The translations under genes were made by a program, and so were the position numbers. Below are positions 47,943 through 57,522 of a DNA stretch of 64,000 nt, one piece after another. How positions within the stretch are numbered: position 1 is the first letter of the stretch; each line of letters begins with the position of its first letter. Source of the stretch: Deinococcus hopiensis KR-140 (GTDB taxonomy: Bacteria > Deinococcota > Deinococci > Deinococcales > Deinococcaceae); NCBI GenBank assembly GCA_943327755.2, contig CALPYF020000013.1:15998-79997 (forward strand). The letters run 5' to 3'. A model generated the notes under the pieces. The model saw only the letters and a list, made by a program, of their open reading frames with translations, did no database searches and was not told the origin of the DNA.

Positions 47943-48464
47943 ATGTTCAACCCCAATGGATACGACATCAAAGGCGTGAAGTACCTCCCCACCCACGACG
48001 GCGTCGCCTTCACTGGCACGCTGTACAAGGACGGCAAGCGGATCGGCAGCGTCGAGAACGGCGGTACCGGCGGCCCCAACTGCGCACACTTCGATACGCG
48101 TGAAGGCGGGACCGCCTTCCGCGCGTGGGTCGCCACCCTCGGCACGCACACCTACCCCGCCCAGAATGGCAGACCCGAACTCACCGTGCCGTTCGACGAG
48201 GAGACCGCCATCGAGTGCCTGCTCCAGATCGACGACGCGCGCCGCGAGGCGCGGGCCTTCGACCGGCGAGCCCAGAAGGCCATCGTCTACCGCGAGGCGG
48301 GCGACGGACCCGATCAGTACCGCAGCGTGAAGTTCGCGTCCACCCTGACGCCCACCCGCGCCCTGGCCGCCTACCGGGCCAGTGCCCCCTGGTGGTCCCG
48401 CGTGACGGAGGTCTGGCACATCGGCGAAGGCTGGAAGCTGGAACGGGCTACACCCCAGGACTGA
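47943..48464 (+). CDS. hypothetical protein (173 aa)
   Basis: CAGGAG RBS; beta-rich N-terminus FTGTLYKDGKRIGSVENGGTGG. Confidence 0.75.
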   Translation: MFNPNGYDIKGVKYLPTHDGVAFTGTLYKDGKRIGSVENGGTGGPNCAHFDTREGGTAFRAWVATLGTHTYPAQNGRPELTVPFDEETAIECLLQIDDARREARAFDRRAQKAIVYREAGDGPDQYRSVKFASTLTPTRALAAYRASAPWWSRVTEVWHIGEGWKLERATPQD

Positions 48465-48508
48465 CCAGGGCTGGCCGGGGGGGTTGCCCCCCGGCCCACC
48501 TGCTCTTG

Positions 48509-49339
48509 ATGACTCTCCACGGCTTCATTCCGGTCCTCACCCACCGCTTCCCACTCGACGCGCTCCTCACCCCGTACGTGGAACGTTACGCGCCTGCCGC
48601 GCTGATCAGCGCCGCCGAACTCCGCGCCGCGCCCGGCGCACCCCTGCCCGCCTTGCCCCTGATGATCGACAGCGGCGGGTACCAGGCCCTGGACGCCCAC
48701 GCAACCGTCGTAGACACCGGACCGTTCGCGGCGCTGCACGTGCCCGGCGCGGTCCCACTCACCCCACTGGACGTGTATGACCTGCAGCGGTCCGCGCGGG
48801 CTGCCGTGTGCTTCACCCTGGATTTCCCGTCTCCCGCTACCGCGACCACCGACGAACGTGTCCGCCGCCTCCACCTTGGGGAACGCAATGCCCTGTGGGC
48901 CCTGTCCCAGATCCGCCCCGGCACCCTGTACGCCAGCGTCCAGCCCGGCCAGGACCTCACCGCGGTTCTCGCTGCCCGCCCGGACGGCATCGCCCTGGGC
49001 GGCCTCGCCCCGCACAGCGCCGACCGCGACCGCCTCCGGCACGAGATCCGCACCGTCCGCGCCCAGCTCCCCGCCGGACTGCCCCTGCACGTGTTCGGCC
49101 TCGGGCACCCCGACTCCATCCACGCAGCCCTTTCGGCCGGCGCGACCACCGTGGACTCCAGCAGCCCGCAGCGCATGGCCGCCAGCGGCCGCGCCTGGAC
49201 GGGGGAGGTCATTCCGGACGCCGCCCCACACGAACGCCTGCGGCTCGCCGTCACGAACCTCCTCACCGCCCTGCACGCGGACGTGCCCCTCGCCCTGCAC
49301 CCCGCGTGGCGACCCCTCACCCCCAGGAGAAGCGCGTGA
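48509..49339 (+). CDS. tRNA-guanine transglycosylase (TGT)-fold protein without the C-terminal Zn domain (276 aa), hairpin-led
   Basis: MIDSGGYQ, TLDFP, GIALGGL, HVFGLG and VDSSS; all TGT catalytic-position Asp residues are present. Confidence 0.85.
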   Translation: MTLHGFIPVLTHRFPLDALLTPYVERYAPAALISAAELRAAPGAPLPALPLMIDSGGYQALDAHATVVDTGPFAALHVPGAVPLTPLDVYDLQRSARAAVCFTLDFPSPATATTDERVRRLHLGERNALWALSQIRPGTLYASVQPGQDLTAVLAARPDGIALGGLAPHSADRDRLRHEIRTVRAQLPAGLPLHVFGLGHPDSIHAALSAGATTVDSSSPQRMAASGRAWTGEVIPDAAPHERLRLAVTNLLTALHADVPLALHPAWRPLTPRRSA

Positions 49340-51408
49340 CCAGGCCAGCCCCGATCACCGCCCTTCCCGTCCTCTCCGGCCCGGACCTCGCCCTGGCGTG
49401 CGGCGTCACCACGCTCCCCGTCAGCGCCCTGATCACCAGCCCCACCGGGAGCGGCAAGACCCACCTCGCCCGCGAAGCCGCCCGGCACGCCCTCACGTGC
49501 GGCGAACGCGTCATCGTGACCGTGCCCACCAAAGCCCTCGCGCACGAGATCGCCCGCACCTGGGCGGACTTGCCCGGCCGCGTGCAGGCCTTCACCCGCG
49601 ACCAGCCCAGCCCCCCGTACCGCGCCGCGCACGTCCTGATCATGACGCCCGAACGCCTGGACCTCGTGACGCGCCGCTGGCGCCGCCACCACCCCTGGCT
49701 CGCGCGGGTGGGCCTCCTGATCACCGACGAGATCCACACCATCAGCGACCCCGCCCGCGGCGCCGCCCTGGACGCCGCCCTCACGCGCCTGCGGGCCACG
49801 CTGCCCCTCCTGCGCGTCCTGGCCCTGACGGCCACCTGCGGGAACCCCCGCGTCCTCGCCGACTGGCTGGGCGCCCTTCACATTGGAGGTGGCATCCGAC
49901 CGATGCCACTTACCTGGACTGCCAAGACCGTCCGCGCAGTCGCTGACAAACCCGCCGCCCTCCAGCGGGTGCTCACGCCCGGGGAGTCCACGCTGGTGTT
50001 CGTGCACGGCCGCCAGCGGGCCGCTGATCTCGCCGCGCACCTCAAGAAGGCTGGGCATGCCAGCGCCGCGCACCACGCGGGCCTCACGCCGGGCGTGCGT
50101 GCCCAGGTCGAACGCGATTTCCGTGAGGGCCGTACCCGTGTCCTGATCGCCACGCCCACCCTGGAAGTCGGCGTGAACCTCCCCGCTGAGCACGTCGTTC
50201 TGTACGACCTCACCACCTTCGGTCTCGATGGGCGACAGGCTCTCACTGTGAACGCTGCGTGGCAGCGCGCCGGACGCGCCGGACGGCCCGGCGCCACGCG
50301 CGCCCACGTCACGGTGCTCGGCACCCGCGCGGAGCAGCCCGGCCAGTACGAACGCGGCCGCTTCGAACCGCTCAGCAGTCCCCTGAGCCGCGGCGAGCAC
50401 CTGCTGGGTTTCCTGCTCGGATGCGTGGACGGCGGGTACGCCCGCACCCGCGCACAGGCGACCCGCATGGCCCAGCAGACCTTCGCGGCGCACACCGGCA
50501 CCCTGAACGCCCCTCGCGCCGTGGCGACCCTCCTCCAGCAGGGTGCCCTCGCCGACCACGGGGGCGTGCTCAGCGTCACGCCACTGGGCCGCGTGGCCAG
50601 TCAGGCGCTGCTCCCTGTGCCCGTCGTCGCGGCCGTTCGCGCCCTCCCACAGGACCCGACGGTGCTGGACGTGCTGCTGGCCGCCGCCGCGCATGTCCGC
50701 CTGCCCAGCCTCGGGGACGAGTCGCGCGCCACCCTCGTCGGCGCCCTGATGAGCGTTCCGTCCCGCACGCTGGACGCGGGCACCGCCCCGCCGGACGCGG
50801 TGATCGGCGCGGCCCTCCTGCACGCCACCACCCACCACGGGGACGACGGGGCCGCGGAGCTGAGTGGCCTGCACGAGCCAACCCTGACGGCCCTGCGCGA
50901 GGAAACTCTCCGCATCGTGAGCGCCTGGCACGCCCTGTCCCCCAGCATCAGCGTGAACCTCACCCGCGTGAGCCTCGCCGCGCAGCTCCCTCCACTCACC
51001 GCGACCCTCGCGCTGCTCAGCGGGGTCGGGCAGGTCACCGCCCGCGCACTCAGCGCCGCCGGCGTCCCGGATCTCCCCACGCTCGCCCGCACGCCCCCCG
51101 CGCAGCTCACCGCTGCCGGATTCACGCTCCGCACCGCAGAACGGCTGACCCAGGCTGCCCAGGCATACGGCCCGCTCACCCTGAGCGAACCCACCCCCGC
51201 GCCCCGCACCCGGACGGTCCTCGCCGACCCGGCCCGGCTCGCCCGCGCACGCCTCTTGACGGTCACCCCCACGACACACGGCTGGACGGTCACCGGCGGA
51301 AGTCAAGCACGCACCGTCACCCGCCAGGGCGAGGCCTTCATCTGCGACTGCCCGGATGGCGTGCAGCTGTGCAAACACCTCTTGGCCGTGGGATTGCACC
51401 TGGCGTGA
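49336..51408 (+). CDS. Ski2/Hel308-like DEAH helicase with HhH and C-terminal SWIM zinc finger (690 aa)
   Basis: SPTGSGKT, PTKAL, TPE, TDEIH, TAT, HHAGL, ATPTLEVGVNLPA, QRAGRAGR and SWIM CDC..CKH. GTGA overlap with the TGT-fold gene; AGGAG RBS. Confidence 0.9.
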   Translation: MTRPAPITALPVLSGPDLALACGVTTLPVSALITSPTGSGKTHLAREAARHALTCGERVIVTVPTKALAHEIARTWADLPGRVQAFTRDQPSPPYRAAHVLIMTPERLDLVTRRWRRHHPWLARVGLLITDEIHTISDPARGAALDAALTRLRATLPLLRVLALTATCGNPRVLADWLGALHIGGGIRPMPLTWTAKTVRAVADKPAALQRVLTPGESTLVFVHGRQRAADLAAHLKKAGHASAAHHAGLTPGVRAQVERDFREGRTRVLIATPTLEVGVNLPAEHVVLYDLTTFGLDGRQALTVNAAWQRAGRAGRPGATRAHVTVLGTRAEQPGQYERGRFEPLSSPLSRGEHLLGFLLGCVDGGYARTRAQATRMAQQTFAAHTGTLNAPRAVATLLQQGALADHGGVLSVTPLGRVASQALLPVPVVAAVRALPQDPTVLDVLLAAAAHVRLPSLGDESRATLVGALMSVPSRTLDAGTAPPDAVIGAALLHATTHHGDDGAAELSGLHEPTLTALREETLRIVSAWHALSPSISVNLTRVSLAAQLPPLTATLALLSGVGQVTARALSAAGVPDLPTLARTPPAQLTAAGFTLRTAERLTQAAQAYGPLTLSEPTPAPRTRTVLADPARLARARLLTVTPTTHGWTVTGGSQARTVTRQGEAFICDCPDGVQLCKHLLAVGLHLA

Positions 51409-51466
51409 TCGACGTGACGTCCTCGCAGCACTGGCCCACACCGGGGGTGTGGGCCAGGACGGCAGC

Positions 51467-51973
51467 ATGCTTACCCCTCTGACGATCAGCGTCCCCGGCG
51501 CTCACAAGCCCGCTCCCACCCCTCAGCAGGCCCTCGAGGACCTCCGCAAGGTGGCCCGGCACCGCCCCGCCCTGCGCCTGCGCCTCAAACGCCTCGCGCG
51601 CCTGCTCGCCGCTGGCCGCGCCCTGAAACTCACCGGCGACCCCTGCCGCGTCCAGGCCACCGTCACGGCCCTGCGCGCCTACGCCGCAGAGGGACCTGTG
51701 GTGCTCACGGCCGTCACCCCCGACGACATCCTCGCCGGTCTCACGCGTGGACCCGTGCGGGTCAGCGTGCACGACCAGGACGGCTGGCCCATCTGCGAGT
51801 ACCGCCTGTCGCACGCCACGGCTGGCGTGGACATCCTCTGCCGGGACGGCCGCAGCCGCTTCCTGCCACGTGACGAGTTCCGCGCGCAGTTCCGCCTCGC
51901 AATCTACACGCTCCGCGTCCCCGCCACGTGGGTCGCCGAAGATGCCCCCGTTCAGCAGGAGCAGGCCGCGTGA
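51467..51973 (+). CDS. hypothetical protein (168 aa), hairpin-led
   Basis: ATG 10 nt after the hairpin. Confidence 0.7.
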   Translation: MLTPLTISVPGAHKPAPTPQQALEDLRKVARHRPALRLRLKRLARLLAAGRALKLTGDPCRVQATVTALRAYAAEGPVVLTAVTPDDILAGLTRGPVRVSVHDQDGWPICEYRLSHATAGVDILCRDGRSRFLPRDEFRAQFRLAIYTLRVPATWVAEDAPVQQEQAA

Positions 51974-52709
51974 CAGTCACCCCCACGTCAGGCACCGTGC
52001 ACCCTATGCCGCACCAGATCGCGTACACCGACGCCAGCCTCGCCGTTCAGGACGTGTACGCCCTGGCGGCCGTCGTGAACGGCGTGACCATCACGACCAC
52101 CGCGCGGGCGCACACCACCCAGCAGGCTGAACTGCAGGCCGCACGCCTCGCGGTCCAGCACGCCGATCCCGGCCCCCTGCACCTGCATGTGGACTGCATT
52201 GCCACCGCGCACGTCCTGACGGGACTCGCGCGGTCCAAGTCGCCCCTGACCGAACCTGCGCAGGAGCTCCTCCAGCTCGCCGCGGAACGGGGCGTCGCCC
52301 TGCACGTGCAGTGGATTCCCAGAGGGGAGAACGCCGCCCACCACCCGGCGCATCACACCGCCGGGCACATGCGTACCCACCGCCGCGCCCGCCGGGTCCA
52401 CCTCCCCCCACTCCCCCCCAGACCCCCGGTCTGGTCGTCCGCCTGCGCCACCACCCGGACGGCACATCCGCCTGCGGCGGTGGACTGCGCGCGGTCGCCC
52501 ACGGGCCCCTGGCCGCCCTGCGCATCCTGATCGACCTCGCGGGCCGCGCCCCGCCTGGCGTCCGCGTCCGGGTCCGCGGCGTGCCGCCCTATGCCGCGCA
52601 CCTCTGGACCCACCCCGAGCACGCGCCGGACGACCTGCTCGCCTCCCTCAGTGCAGCCCGCTGCACCCTCTCCCTGCGCGGCAGCCGACTGCACTTGATG
52701 ACCCCGTGA
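51970..52709 (+). pseudogene. RNase H-like protein, apparently frameshifted in a C7 run (52413-52419)
   Basis: AYTDAS, TTQQAELQA, HVDC and QWIPRGEN are RNase HI-like motifs. Coding signal continues in the -1 frame (PQTPGLVVRLRHH...) to 52709. Confidence 0.6.
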
Positions 52710-52765
52710 CTTCACCCCGCTGGTCTGCCCACCACGTCCCCTCACCCCCCAAGGAGTCCGACACC

Positions 52766-53128
52766 ATGACCACCCCCCACCTGACCGACCTGCTCGACCG
52801 CTACGCCACCCTCCGCGACACCATCCTCGGCCTGGAAGCTGAACGCGACCAGCTCGGCGCGGAACTCAAAGCCGCTCTGCTGGACGGCGAGACCGTGCAG
52901 ACCGACCTGTACCGGGCGGAACTGCGCACCTCGACCACCGTCGAGTACCCCCTGGACCGCTTCCGGGAATGCTTCGGGGACGCGGCGACCCTGGAGGTGG
53001 CCACCATCGACCGGAAGAAAGCCGATCGTCTCGCCACGGCCGGGGATCTGGACGCGGATACGCTCGCCAACCTCGCCGTGAAGAAACCCCGCGCCCAGAG
53101 CCTCGTCCTCACCCAGGTCCGCGCATGA
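52766..53128 (+). CDS. hypothetical protein with an N-terminal coiled coil (120 aa)
   Basis: AAGGAG RBS; LLDRYATLRDTILGLEAERDQLGAELKAAL heptads. Confidence 0.75.
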   Translation: MTTPHLTDLLDRYATLRDTILGLEAERDQLGAELKAALLDGETVQTDLYRAELRTSTTVEYPLDRFRECFGDAATLEVATIDRKKADRLATAGDLDADTLANLAVKKPRAQSLVLTQVRA

Positions 53129-53523
53129 CCGGCAGCAACGTGCAGCCCGCCGCGACCGCCGCCCCACAAACCGCGGCCACCCACACGGTCACGCTTACCC
53201 TCGCGTCCGGCCTGACCGTCCACGTGGCCCACCGGCAGGACGTCGACGGGGAAGCCATCGTGATCGAGGCGCCGCAGGGCAGCGGCGGCTTCCATCCCAC
53301 CTGGGCTGCCACGTGCGCCGCCCACCTGGTCGACGGTGCGGCTGGCACCTTCAAGGACCACAGCGATCCCCTGGAGCCCGCGAGCGTCACCCTGCACCCC
53401 GCCTGCCTGACCCTGAGCGTGCACGGTGGGGACGTCACCCTGCACGTCACGCCCGCCGACCGTCAACTGCTCGCCGACGCCATCACGGCCGTCGCGGCCG
53501 CCACGCCGGAGCGGGTCGCGTGA
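53125..53523 (+). CDS. hypothetical protein (132 aa)
   Basis: ATGA overlap; high GC3. Confidence 0.65.
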   Translation: MTGSNVQPAATAAPQTAATHTVTLTLASGLTVHVAHRQDVDGEAIVIEAPQGSGGFHPTWAATCAAHLVDGAAGTFKDHSDPLEPASVTLHPACLTLSVHGGDVTLHVTPADRQLLADAITAVAAATPERVA

Positions 53524-53876
53524 TGGTCCTGCACCGCCTGGCCGCGCACTGCGAGGGCGATCTGGTCGCCCTGGTCTCCCTGCTGGACGTTCTCGACGAG
53601 GACACGCTTCACGCCGCCCGGACTGAACGGGCCGCCCTGCCCACCCCACTCGCCCCGCAGCCCCTGAGTGCCGAGCAGCTTGACCAGCAGGCCCTCGCGG
53701 ACGAGCGCACAGCCCAGCAGCTGGGCGAGCTGCGCGCGGAGAGCCTCGAGGCGTCCGGGCTCCCCCTGCCGGACCTCACCCGTCTGGACCGCCGGGCATA
53801 CCTGTGCCTGGAGCTCGCGAGCCTCCTGCGGGACGCGGCCGCCCTGAGGCGTGAACTCGCCCTCGACCTCGCCTGA
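53523..53876 (+). CDS. helical hypothetical protein (117 aa)
   Basis: TGATG overlap; high GC3. Confidence 0.65.
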   Translation: MVLHRLAAHCEGDLVALVSLLDVLDEDTLHAARTERAALPTPLAPQPLSAEQLDQQALADERTAQQLGELRAESLEASGLPLPDLTRLDRRAYLCLELASLLRDAAALRRELALDLA

Positions 53877-53890
53877 CTCCTGGAGTGCCC

Positions 53891-54001
53891 ATGAATCTGC
53901 TCACCCTGTTCCTCGCGTACGTCGGCCTGCTCGCCACACTCGGCACCCTCACGGCCGCAGTCATCGCCGTGAAGGTCCGCCGGGGCCCCCGGCACCCGTA
54001 A
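53891..54001 (+). CDS. small single-TM peptide (36 aa)
   Basis: GGAG RBS; MNLLTLFLAYVGLLATLGTLTAAVIAVKVRRGPRHP. Confidence 0.6.
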   Translation: MNLLTLFLAYVGLLATLGTLTAAVIAVKVRRGPRHP

Positions 54002-54039
54002 CCAGTCCTGGCCCCCTGCCCGGGGGCCACGTGAGCCGC

Positions 54040-54153
54040 ATGCTCACCGCGATCCTGTCTGTCCTGATCCCGCTCGCCCTCTGCCGCACCCTGTACGGAG
54101 GTTCCATGCACCCCACCCGCTCCAACGTCCCTTCTGCTGGGAGCCGCGCGTGA
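54040..54153 (+). CDS. small peptide (37 aa), hairpin-led
   Basis: ATG 10 nt after the hairpin; GTGA overlap with the next gene. Confidence 0.5.
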   Translation: MLTAILSVLIPLALCRTLYGGSMHPTRSNVPSAGSRA

Positions 54154-54587
54154 CCGCCCTGGCGAGTCTGCTGCTCACGCCCCAGGGCACCCCACCTACG
54201 GCCCATGACGCGACGGGCTGCATGGCCGTGTGCGCCCTGCTCGTCGCGGCGCAGCAGCATGGTCTCGTGCCGATCCTGCCGGAGGACGCGCCCCGTGCCC
54301 GCGCCGCAGACGGGTACTGCGGCGACCATCTGAAACGCGTGGAGCCCGGCGAGGTGGAAGCCCTCTCCCTGGCGAGTCGCGTGCAGGAGCACCCGGACGC
54401 CCCGGCGTACCTGATGCACGAGGGCACGCTCCTGGTACTGGAGGACGGCCGCCTGATCTTCCGGGGGGTGCACCGGCACAGCGGACTGGAACGCGCGTAC
54501 CGGGACGTCCGGTACGGGACGCTGCTGGGCCTCCGACACCGCCTGCCCGCCGAGCACCTCCTGACCTTCGAGCAGGTGCCCCTGTGA
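54150..54587 (+). CDS. hypothetical protein (145 aa)
   Basis: Coupled by GTGA overlaps at both ends. Confidence 0.65.
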   Translation: MTALASLLLTPQGTPPTAHDATGCMAVCALLVAAQQHGLVPILPEDAPRARAADGYCGDHLKRVEPGEVEALSLASRVQEHPDAPAYLMHEGTLLVLEDGRLIFRGVHRHSGLERAYRDVRYGTLLGLRHRLPAEHLLTFEQVPL

Positions 54588-54931
54588 CGGGCGGCCTGAT
54601 CCCCAGGCCGGACCTGATCACGTTCGAAGGCGAACCCATGGTGATCGGCCGGGTGAGCGTCTTCGCGTACCTGGACGGTGAGCCGACCGGGTTCCTCCTC
54701 GGGACGGACACCGAGTCGGACGCGCGGCTGCTGTACCATGCGACCCCAGCAGCGGTGACCTGCTTCCACCTGGACGCCCTGGATGCCCTGAACGACGCCC
54801 GCCTGACGCCGTTCCTAACGGCGCTGCGCCGGTGGAACCGGACGGGCGACGCCCAGGCTGCCCAGGAGGTCCTGACCCTCTGGGAGACCCCACTGGCCCG
54901 GGAGCTACTGCTGGCCCCCACGCTCCTATGA
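54584..54931 (+). CDS. hypothetical protein (115 aa)
   Basis: GTGA and ATGA overlaps; high GC3. Confidence 0.65.
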   Translation: MTGGLIPRPDLITFEGEPMVIGRVSVFAYLDGEPTGFLLGTDTESDARLLYHATPAAVTCFHLDALDALNDARLTPFLTALRRWNRTGDAQAAQEVLTLWETPLARELLLAPTLL

Positions 54932-55422
54932 AACACACCACCAAGACCACCCTGCGGCAGGCCCTGAAGGTCCTGTCTCCCACCACCCTGCGCATGTTCG
55001 CCATCGAGATCGGCCTCGTGGAGCACCGGCGCGGCCGCGCGACGAACGAGGTGACGTCCGCGCAGCTCGCCGATCACGTGCACGCCCACCCGGTCCGGGC
55101 ACGGCAGGTGGCGGCGTCCCTGCGCGCCGCGTCGAAAGATCCCCGCTTCCTGCCGACTCTGGAGGCGCTGGATGGGGTGCGGGGGGCGGGGCCACTCACG
55201 CTGAGCACGTGGACGCTCACGCCCGAAGGCCTGAACCGGGTGCGGGTGCAGCACGGTCAGAAGCCGCCGGTGTGGGTGGAGTACAGCACGGACGCCCGGG
55301 TGGGCCTGATTGCCCTCGCGGCGCCTGACGCCACGGTGGCGGCCCCGGTCCTGCCATCGACCTTCCCGGAGACGGTGGGGAAGGAACTCCCAGCGTTGAT
55401 CCTGCCACCCGCCCCTCGCTGA
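54928..55422 (+). CDS. hypothetical protein (164 aa)
   Basis: ATGA overlap; high GC3. Confidence 0.65.
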   Translation: MKHTTKTTLRQALKVLSPTTLRMFAIEIGLVEHRRGRATNEVTSAQLADHVHAHPVRARQVAASLRAASKDPRFLPTLEALDGVRGAGPLTLSTWTLTPEGLNRVRVQHGQKPPVWVEYSTDARVGLIALAAPDATVAAPVLPSTFPETVGKELPALILPPAPR

Positions 55423-55467
55423 CGCACCCTGCAGTTCTGGCCCCCTCCCGGGGGCCACGTGACACGC

Positions 55468-55818
55468 ATGATCGAAGCCAACGACAACCAGCAGGTCACC
55501 CAGTCCCCGACAGCAGCACCTCAGCCCCGCTCCTCGACCGTGCAGCTGAGTGCGCTCGTTCAGGACCCTGCCACGCTCGAACGTCTCGCACTGGCCCTTC
55601 AGCACGCCCCGGACGCCCTGGCGGACGTGCTGAGTGTGGAACTGCCCGGGCTGCTGGATAGCGTGGGCGCGTACCACGTGGCCTGCCCGGGGTGCAGCGC
55701 GAAGCATGTGGAATGCACGCTCCTCGAAGCGCCGGACGAGACGTGGACGTGCCCCACCTGCGGGGTGGCGAGTGCTGCACACGACTGGATGCAGTCCCGC
55801 CGCGCGCTCCGCGCCTGA
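55468..55818 (+). CDS. zinc-ribbon protein (116 aa), hairpin-led
   Basis: CPGC...WTCPTC. Confidence 0.75.
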   Translation: MIEANDNQQVTQSPTAAPQPRSSTVQLSALVQDPATLERLALALQHAPDALADVLSVELPGLLDSVGAYHVACPGCSAKHVECTLLEAPDETWTCPTCGVASAAHDWMQSRRALRA

Positions 55819-55856
55819 CCAGCCCTGGCCCCCACTCCGGGGGCCACGCGGCCGTC

Positions 55857-56055
55857 ATGGCAAAGCTGCTGATCACTCTCGACCCCGCGTGCCCTGAATA
55901 GCTACCGCAAGCCCTCTCTCAGGCCACCGGGAGTGAGATCGTCGCCCTCGAACGCGATGGACGCACCCTCTATGCCGCGTGCCGCCGGGTGGGGCTCACC
56001 ACGGCCCTGATCGGCACGGTGCACCTGCTCGACCATCCCCTTCCGAAGGGGAATA
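55857..56055 (+). pseudogene. 5' remnant of a hairpin-led gene with an internal TAG (55899), truncated by the merR-thioesterase insertion
   Basis: MAKLLITLDPACPE*LPQALSQ...HLLDHPLPKGN. A probable 3' remnant lies at 58344-58454. Confidence 0.6.
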
Positions 56056-56220
56056 ATGCTCCGCTGACCAAGGAGAGAGAGGACCGTAATCCCGTGACCG
56101 CTGGCACGAAAATGGGCGCATACGCTTTACTGAAAACCTGCTGGATGCATCACTCAATGACAGTTGTCGATGACATGCGGAGTCCGTTTTCTTTCCGGGT
56201 CGGTGACCAACGGAAGCGGT

Positions 56221-57495
56221 CTACTCCCAGATTGAGCGGAGCGTGTCCACCCTCGCCTGCCAGGCCAGCACTTGCAGGTGGGCATTGGCCTGATCCTGAC
56301 CACCCATCGCCGTCCAGGGCACCGAGATGTAGGTGGGGAGCCCTGGCAGGCTGAGCGAATGTCCCGCGGCAGGGTCAGTGAGATGCTGTACGGGCAACTT
56401 GGCCTGTTCACGCCTGAACTGGGCCACCTGGCTTAACTCCATGGCAGGCCAGACCTGATCCTCACCTCCACTGACCAGCAGAACCGGACCGGCAATCCTC
56501 TCGACCGGGATAGTCGCTACCGCGATGTCCTCCCTAGATGCCCGCGCCACTGCTTCCCGGTGAATGGGCGTCATGTTATAGGGGCCTGATCCACCGAAGA
56601 ACGCCGACCAGTCCGTCTGGTAGGGAATATAGGGGAGGGGATTGCCGCCCCATGCCCACGAGGACATCGGCTGACCCGCCGGAAACTGCCTGGTCCGGTC
56701 AATCCCCTCAAAGATCAGCCCGCTAGAAGCGATGGCCGCCACGGCACCCACGTCTGAAGGGAACGTAGACCCGATGAGCAACGCGGCTTCCGCTCCCTTG
56801 GACGCGCCGGTCACGCTGACACGGCGCCCGGCCACTTCGGGCCGGGCGCGCAGCCAACAGAGGGCGTCATGGAAGTATTCCAGGGGAATATTGATCAGAT
56901 CGGCAGGCAGCGTGGAGTGTGGAACGCCGAAATAGGCCAGATTGAGGACTATCAAGCCCTCAGATGCCAGGAGGGCGGCCACGGTGTCATACAGGCCCCC
57001 TTCTGAACCCCCCAGAAAGAGACACGCTCCACGCAGGTCTCGCCCGGAGGCCGGTGCCAAGAGTTGCCCGTACAGCCCGTTGTCACGCACATCCTCCACC
57101 TGAAGGTCAGGCCAGCGGGAGAGACGCCGCGTGGTCGCTCGGGCCTGTTCCTGATCACCCACCGTGAGAGAAAGCGTCAGGTCGTACCCACCTGGCGGCA
57201 GTTCGAAGAACGCTGGAAAGAGGTCAGGGCGCGGTCGCAAGCTCCAGATCAGACCGGAAGGGTTGATCCCCTGGTAGCTGCCGTCCAGGGCAGGATCGCG
57301 GGCCAGATTGAGCTGCCCGTCACCCCTCGTTCTGAAGCTCGCTGAGGACCGCCACACCTCACCGTGCAGATCGGTCGTTTCGGCCGTGACAGTGACTCCG
57401 GTAAGCGGAGGCAGATCACTGGCTTGAAGGTTGAATGGGGCGGACAGGAGCGCGTCGGGTGTGACGTTCAGCAGCATAGGGAACCTCTCCGGCAC
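56221..57495 (-). CDS. acyl-CoA thioesterase / BAAT family hydrolase (424 aa)
   Basis: N-terminal bile-acid hydrolase-type domain (G.Y.G..P.GL.WS), GGSEGG, nucleophile GASKGAE, D..WP and AGH. Confidence 0.9.
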   Translation of the reverse strand: MPERFPMLLNVTPDALLSAPFNLQASDLPPLTGVTVTAETTDLHGEVWRSSASFRTRGDGQLNLARDPALDGSYQGINPSGLIWSLRPRPDLFPAFFELPPGGYDLTLSLTVGDQEQARATTRRLSRWPDLQVEDVRDNGLYGQLLAPASGRDLRGACLFLGGSEGGLYDTVAALLASEGLIVLNLAYFGVPHSTLPADLINIPLEYFHDALCWLRARPEVAGRRVSVTGASKGAEAALLIGSTFPSDVGAVAAIASSGLIFEGIDRTRQFPAGQPMSSWAWGGNPLPYIPYQTDWSAFFGGSGPYNMTPIHREAVARASREDIAVATIPVERIAGPVLLVSGGEDQVWPAMELSQVAQFRREQAKLPVQHLTDPAAGHSLSLPGLPTYISVPWTAMGGQDQANAHLQVLAWQARVDTLRSIWE

Positions 57496-57522
57496 GGCAC
57501 GGCCGGGTGGTGGAAGGTGAGT

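Noticed and set aside
52766-53128. Mu Gam-like nuclease inhibitor
   Set aside because: Only a generic N-terminal coiled coil supports it, so it is left as hypothetical.
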